Source: an uncultured Actinomycetes bacterium (lineage in GTDB: Bacteria > Actinomycetota > Thermoleophilia > RBG-16-64-13). From it: 64,000 nt of DNA. Shown here piece by piece: positions 59,328 to 64,000 of the stretch. The notes below the pieces were generated by a model, which was given only the letters and a program-made list of their open reading frames with translations, ran no database searches and was not told the DNA's origin. The DNA is taken from positions 64,001 through 128,000 of the forward strand of contig CAVPLM010000008.1 of the NCBI GenBank assembly GCA_963706025.1. Reading direction: 5' to 3'. The translations under genes and the position numbers were made by a program. The number at the start of each line of letters is the position of its first letter. Position 1 is the stretch's first letter.

Positions 59328-61157
59328 ATGGAGAGCCTCATCGGGCGCACGCTCGGAAAGTATGAGCTCACCGCCATGATCGGTGGCGGTGGGATGGCCA
59401 CGGTCTATAAGGCCCGTCACCCCGGCCTCAACCAGCAGGTCGCCGTCAAGATCCTTCACCCGTTCCTTTCCACCGACCCTTCCTTCATCGACCGCTTCCG
59501 GCGTGAGGCCCACGCGGTCGCCGCCCTGCGCCACCCCAACATCGTGCGGGTGCTGGACTTTGACCACGAGGAGCACATGTACTACATGGTGATGGAGTAC
59601 ATCGGTGGCCCCACGCTGTCCACCGTGCTCTCGGGACGAAAGACCTCCGGAGGATTATCGCTCCCGGAGATCGGCCGGATCTTCACGCCGCTCTGCAGCG
59701 CCATCGATTACGCGGCCAGCCGGGGCATGGTACACCGGGATATCAAGCCTGCGAACATCATCATGTCTGAGGATGGAGAGCCGATCCTCACCGACTACGG
59801 TATCGCGAAGATGATCGGCTCGACCTCCATCACCTCGCCGGGGACGGTGGTCGGTTCGGCGCACTACATGTCCCCCGAGCAGGCACAGGGCCAGGACTGT
59901 GATGTCCGGTCCGACCTCTACTCGCTCGGCATCGTGCTTTTCGAATGCCTCTCGGGAGCCGTACCTTTCGACGGCGACACGACCGTGACGGTGTTGATCA
60001 AGCACATCTCCGCGCCCATCCCGTCGATCCGCGCCCTACGCCCGAACCTCCCGCCTGCGGTCGAGCCGATGCTCACCCGAGCGCTCGCCAAACAGCCGCG
60101 GGAGCGCTACGAGATGGGGATCAGTTTCGCCGAGGAACTCGCGACCGCCCTCACTCCGACCAAGTCCACCCTTCCGGTCACGGAGGTGGTGGCGCCGGCC
60201 GCGATCCTCGCGGAGACGGTATTGTCGGAGGCACCCCCAGCGCCGACCGCCTCCCTCACAGCGGAGACACCTCCACCGCTGGAGACGCCTCCACCGTCCG
60301 ACGCGGCACTTGCATCCGCGGCAGCACTTGCGTCCGCGGCGGCAGTTGCGTCCGCGGCGACAGTTGCGTCCGCGGCACCTGCAGCTGCAGCGACAGTCCC
60401 GTTGGAGACGATCCCTGTATCGGAGACGCCACCGCCGCCCCCGACGCCTGTGTCCACGCCGCTGGCCACCCCGGAGCCTCCGGTCACGCCTCTCGCCCCG
60501 ACGCCGGATTCCACCTCCGTCGAGCAGCCCGTGGTCGGAGCGACTCGGATCGAGACCCTGCCTGTGGTCGAGTCTGTCGCGGTCCCGGCGATGACGCAAT
60601 GGGAGGCGCCCCCGGCTCCTCCGCCTCCGCCGGTGTCGACGCCGGCCGGGTCGACCACGTCTTTCGAGGGAGAGGCTCCGGTCGGTAAGTACGATCTCCA
60701 GGCACCGCCTACCGCGGCCGTGTCGGACTCCGCGGCACCGAGCGCCGGCGGCAAACGCGGAGGAGTTGCGCCTCGCCGCGGCAACCGCAAGAGAGTGATC
60801 GTGGTGGCCGTCTTGGCGGTCGTCCTGGTGGCAGCCATCGGGGCAGGGGCAACCTTCGCGCTACAGGGCGGGGGCACCGAATCGACAACTACGACCTTAG
60901 CCACTACCACCAGCACGACGTCCCTGTCGACGACGACCTCCGCCCCCACCACTTCAACAACCGTGATGTCGACGACGACCGCGAAGCCGATCACCACCGT
61001 CAGGGCAACAACGACGACCACGGCCAAACCGACAACCACGACCGCGAAGGCAACGACGACCACGAAGAAAGTGACAACGACTACCAGGAGGCCGACGACG
61101 ACCCAGAGGCCGACGACGACCACGACCGCCGGCCCGCCACCTACGATCGGGCCGTAG
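59328..61157 (+). CDS. Membrane Ser/Thr protein kinase with Pro-rich linker and Thr-rich extracellular tail
   Basis: GGGGMATVY, VAVK, HRDIKPAN, DYG, YMSPEQ; one TM helix. Confidence 0.95.
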   Translation: MESLIGRTLGKYELTAMIGGGGMATVYKARHPGLNQQVAVKILHPFLSTDPSFIDRFRREAHAVAALRHPNIVRVLDFDHEEHMYYMVMEYIGGPTLSTVLSGRKTSGGLSLPEIGRIFTPLCSAIDYAASRGMVHRDIKPANIIMSEDGEPILTDYGIAKMIGSTSITSPGTVVGSAHYMSPEQAQGQDCDVRSDLYSLGIVLFECLSGAVPFDGDTTVTVLIKHISAPIPSIRALRPNLPPAVEPMLTRALAKQPRERYEMGISFAEELATALTPTKSTLPVTEVVAPAAILAETVLSEAPPAPTASLTAETPPPLETPPPSDAALASAAALASAAAVASAATVASAAPAAAATVPLETIPVSETPPPPPTPVSTPLATPEPPVTPLAPTPDSTSVEQPVVGATRIETLPVVESVAVPAMTQWEAPPAPPPPPVSTPAGSTTSFEGEAPVGKYDLQAPPTAAVSDSAAPSAGGKRGGVAPRRGNRKRVIVVAVLAVVLVAAIGAGATFALQGGGTESTTTTLATTTSTTSLSTTTSAPTTSTTVMSTTTAKPITTVRATTTTTAKPTTTTAKATTTTKKVTTTTRRPTTTQRPTTTTTAGPPPTIGP

Positions 61158-61187
61158 TCTGCCGGCCCGCCACCTACGATGGGGCCG
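61128..61187 (+). repeat. 27-bp duplication of the kinase gene 3' end
   Basis: 61128-61154 vs 61161-61187, 26/27 identical. Confidence 0.85.
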
Positions 61188-61333
61188 GGGCAAAGCGTCA
61201 TGTTTCTTTCGCCGGGTGGCTCAGTAGGATTGCGCATCTGGCCGTTGGGGCGGCCGGCCCTTGACACGTCCGTTCGGGTCGTTCAGTCTAGGGACAGAGT
61301 GCAGACCGGGCACTGTGGAGAAGTGGAGATACG

Positions 61334-62572
61334 ATGAGGCGTACGTCACGATTGTTCGTCGTCGGGTCACCGTTGTTCTTCCTCGGGGTTATTGGCCTGA
61401 TCGCAGTCCTGCTCTGCCCCGGTGTTGCCCTCGGTATCTCGGATTTCTCGGATGTCAAGCCCGGCGACGACTATTCGGAGGCCATCGCCGACCTCTCCAG
61501 CCTGGGAATCATCAATGGCTTTCCTGACGGCACTTTCCGGCCCAAGGCGCTGGTAACTCGGCAACAGTTCGCCAAGATGATCGTGCTCGCCCTGGGTCTG
61601 CAGGTGACCGAGAACGACATCTGCCCCTTCTCTGACGTCCAACGCAGCGGTGCGAACGACCTCTACCCCGACAACTTCGTGGCAGTGTGCGCCGCGTACG
61701 AGATCACCAGAGGAAAGACCGCCAATACCTTTGACCCCTACAGCAACATCAGCCGGGCTCAGGTCATGAGCATGGTTGTGCGCTCAGCGCCTATCGTCCG
61801 CATCACGCTCGACCCACCCACCGGCGCGTACTACGACGACCCCAAGCGCGTGATGCGGAACTTCGATGATCCCACACACGGCCTGAACGCCCATATTGCG
61901 GAAGTGAACTCACTCCTGTGGGGCGTCCGGCCGGACAGTGTCGGCGTGTGGGACCCATGGAAGAACGCCACCCGAGGTGAGGTGGCTCAGATCCTGTGGC
62001 GGCTCCGGCAGAAGATCCCCACCTCGAACCTCCTCGCGTACGACGACTTCTCGGACCCGGACAGCGGCTGGGCCGTCGGCGACTTCCCCAATTATCGGGT
62101 GGGCTACGACCCGGGTGAGTACTATTGGATGGGAATCACCACCAATTATTGGACTTCCGCGTCGTGGTGGGGTGAAGAATTCGAGGACGTATACTGCGAT
62201 GCCTGGGCCTGGCCGATGTGGGTCTCGGGGGACTGGTACTACGGCCTTGTCTTCCGACTACAGGACATGGATAACCGGTATGAGTTACGCGTGATGGGCA
62301 ACGACACCGCGCAACTCTGGAGGCGAGTCAACGGTCGATGGACAGAGATGTCACCGCCCGTCGATCTGCCGCGGTCTGTCAATACTTGGCGCCACCTGGA
62401 AGTCACTATGATGGGCGACTCGTTCGGGGCATGGGTGGACGGCGTCGAAGTCGGTGAGTTCACCGATGGTACGTTCGCGACCGGCAAGGTGGGATTCCAA
62501 GTCGCCACGGGCCAGTCGGATGAATTCGCCGTCTACTTCGACGACTTCTCGGTCTGGCAGATCGTCTACTAG
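61334..62572 (+). CDS. S-layer homology (SLH) domain protein with C-terminal lectin/DUF1080-like domain
   Basis: GIINGFPDGTFRP..VTRQQFAKMIV, ATRGEVAQILW; YDDFSDPDSGW..VYFDDF. Confidence 0.88.
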   Translation: MRRTSRLFVVGSPLFFLGVIGLIAVLLCPGVALGISDFSDVKPGDDYSEAIADLSSLGIINGFPDGTFRPKALVTRQQFAKMIVLALGLQVTENDICPFSDVQRSGANDLYPDNFVAVCAAYEITRGKTANTFDPYSNISRAQVMSMVVRSAPIVRITLDPPTGAYYDDPKRVMRNFDDPTHGLNAHIAEVNSLLWGVRPDSVGVWDPWKNATRGEVAQILWRLRQKIPTSNLLAYDDFSDPDSGWAVGDFPNYRVGYDPGEYYWMGITTNYWTSASWWGEEFEDVYCDAWAWPMWVSGDWYYGLVFRLQDMDNRYELRVMGNDTAQLWRRVNGRWTEMSPPVDLPRSVNTWRHLEVTMMGDSFGAWVDGVEVGEFTDGTFATGKVGFQVATGQSDEFAVYFDDFSVWQIVY

Positions 62573-62596
62573 CGATCACCGGTAGTCCGCGCCGAG

Positions 62597-62794
62597 GCTT
62601 GCGCGTCGCTCGTTTGCTTCACTGCATCGGCGGCAGGGCTCTTCCTGCTTGCCGTTCCCGCTTTGGCTTTCACCGATGTCCCTGCCGATAGCCAATACGG
62701 GCCGGCTATCGAGGACCTTGAGGCCCGCGACATCGTGCAAGCGCCGGCGAGTCCGGTCGATGGCCTGATCACTGTTGATGAGATGCTCACCTGA
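62597..62794 (+). pseudogene. N-terminal fragment of an SLH protein
   Basis: LFLLAVPALAFTDVPADSQYGPAIEDLEARDIVQ; no start codon, early stop. Confidence 0.55.
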
Positions 62795-62843
62795 GTGCAC
62801 GGCCCGCAAGCATCCGGCCACTCCAGCCGCTTTTCAGGCGCGT

Positions 62844-63935
62844 TCAATCTCCATCGTGAATGTTGAGAACACCATCTCGAATGACGGTCCGCCTCGTTCC
62901 ATCTGGGAAGATGAAGTCCAGCCGCCTGCAGACAATGGGATTCCCCTTGGCATACACGATGTCCTGGTGGAGCGCCCTGTTCGGCGCGGAGAAGTCTTTC
63001 GGGCCCACCGTCCCCCCTATGTGATCGCTCCGCCCGTATGCCCAGTGGAACCCTGCTTTCTCGTCTTCCAGCACATTTCCAGTGACGACGGCCCTGTCGT
63101 TGCAGCCGATCGCCACCTCGGCAATATTGCGCAAGGCTTTCTCGTCACCGAACTTCTGCCGCTTTTCGGCCGCCATCGGGGCGTCGCCGCGAACGTCCAT
63201 GATCTGATTGCGCTGCACCACGAAGACGGCGATCTCGCCGCCGTAACTCACAGGGATCTCGCCCGTTGTTCCGCTGTCAGGCCTCTCGTTGGGAACCACG
63301 CATACCTCGCCGGAGGGGAGATTCCTGAAGCGGAAGGCACCCGGATCTGCACTCGGGTGCAAGCGACCGTCGTCCTGGATGGCGGGCTTATGGTCGGATA
63401 TGTCGAAATGGCAGGCGTGCCCTGTGGAGAACGTCACTTCGATGCCGTCGGACTGGTCGAAGAGCGGTGCCAGCTGAGCACAGGACTCGGCGATCCTGCT
63501 GTAGTCGGCGGACAACCCCGTCTCCTGCATCGCTTTGGTGACCCCCGGCAGGCTCGCCACGCGCAGCTTTTGGTATTTCTTGGTGAAAACAATGAGCGGT
63601 GCCGAGGCCGAGAACTGGGGCATCGAAATAATGATGGTGGAGTCCCCGGCGACGTCTTCGAGGCGAACACCGTGTCCTTGGCGCAGGCCATACTCCGGCA
63701 ACTCGCCGTTATGCATACCGGTGGCCTCATACATGACAACGGGGTCGAGTGAGAAACCGTACTTCCTAGAGAACTGTGCGATCTCCTGGTGCCAGTCCTG
63801 CGCCATCTGACGTCGGTCCCGCCATTCCTGGGTGTCCTGAACCTCACCGTGGGGCAGGTCGTACATGATTGTCACAACGTCGCCCGTTTGGGGACCGAAG
63901 ACGTCTACGAACAGTCTTTCGAGTGAGAAGGACAT
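62844..63935 (-). CDS. Aminopeptidase-like (M29-related) protein
   Basis: NLPSGEV, NIAEVAIGCN..TGNVLEDEKAGFHWAYGRSDH. Confidence 0.7.
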   Translation of the reverse strand: MSFSLERLFVDVFGPQTGDVVTIMYDLPHGEVQDTQEWRDRRQMAQDWHQEIAQFSRKYGFSLDPVVMYEATGMHNGELPEYGLRQGHGVRLEDVAGDSTIIISMPQFSASAPLIVFTKKYQKLRVASLPGVTKAMQETGLSADYSRIAESCAQLAPLFDQSDGIEVTFSTGHACHFDISDHKPAIQDDGRLHPSADPGAFRFRNLPSGEVCVVPNERPDSGTTGEIPVSYGGEIAVFVVQRNQIMDVRGDAPMAAEKRQKFGDEKALRNIAEVAIGCNDRAVVTGNVLEDEKAGFHWAYGRSDHIGGTVGPKDFSAPNRALHQDIVYAKGNPIVCRRLDFIFPDGTRRTVIRDGVLNIHDGD

Positions 63936-64000
63936 GAAAGTCTAGGCGACCGGATACCAGATGCTGGCCGAGAACGAAGTCGGCTCCACCAGCTGATGAA

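Noticed and set aside
60300-61127. Low-complexity repeats in the kinase as a repeat array
   Set aside because: In-frame Ala/Pro/Thr-rich linker coding (AALASA, TTT), typical of these surface proteins.
60107-61267. 386-aa minus-strand Val/Gly-rich ORF and similar long antisense ORFs (56339-57751, 36220-37518, 58236-59576)
   Set aside because: Shadows of real genes in high-GC DNA with no recognisable motifs.

Overview
High-GC bacterial DNA. The SLH proteins ending in ATRGEVAQILW, the Ser/Thr kinases and the MMPL/Tap-like transporters suggest an anaerobic actinobacterium such as Thermoleophilia; this is inference only. The window has no housekeeping genes and reads as an accessory mosaic. Two systems stand out. 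(1) At least seven co-oriented 3' fragments of one tRNA-Ser(CGA) (8326, 11624, 11831, 15316, 23700, 28642, 53187) and a second family of GGGGCRAGTTCGG/GGCAAACTCG junction repeats divide the region into cargo cassettes. Many truncated genes and a near-exact 440-bp cassette duplication lie among them, and no integrase or intact tRNA is visible. (2) An 11.5-kb arsenic locus (40433-51918) has three ArsR regulators and couples acr3 and arsM to a lipoate-protein ligase, a DGC-GcvH lipoyl-carrier fusion, two more DGC proteins, a stand-alone HdrA N-terminal domain, a ferredoxin, four thioredoxin-like proteins and a radical SAM/SPASM enzyme. It is a candidate lipoyl-dithiol-based arsenic handling system. 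Other content: a MoxR operon, a tusA-dsrE-iscS-iscU cassette with an IscU/TrxR-domain fusion, an ORP-like Fe-S cluster, a sugar catabolic operon, a pseudokinase and a MITE. Several single-base frameshifts may be assembly errors. All product calls come from motif recognition, not database searches.
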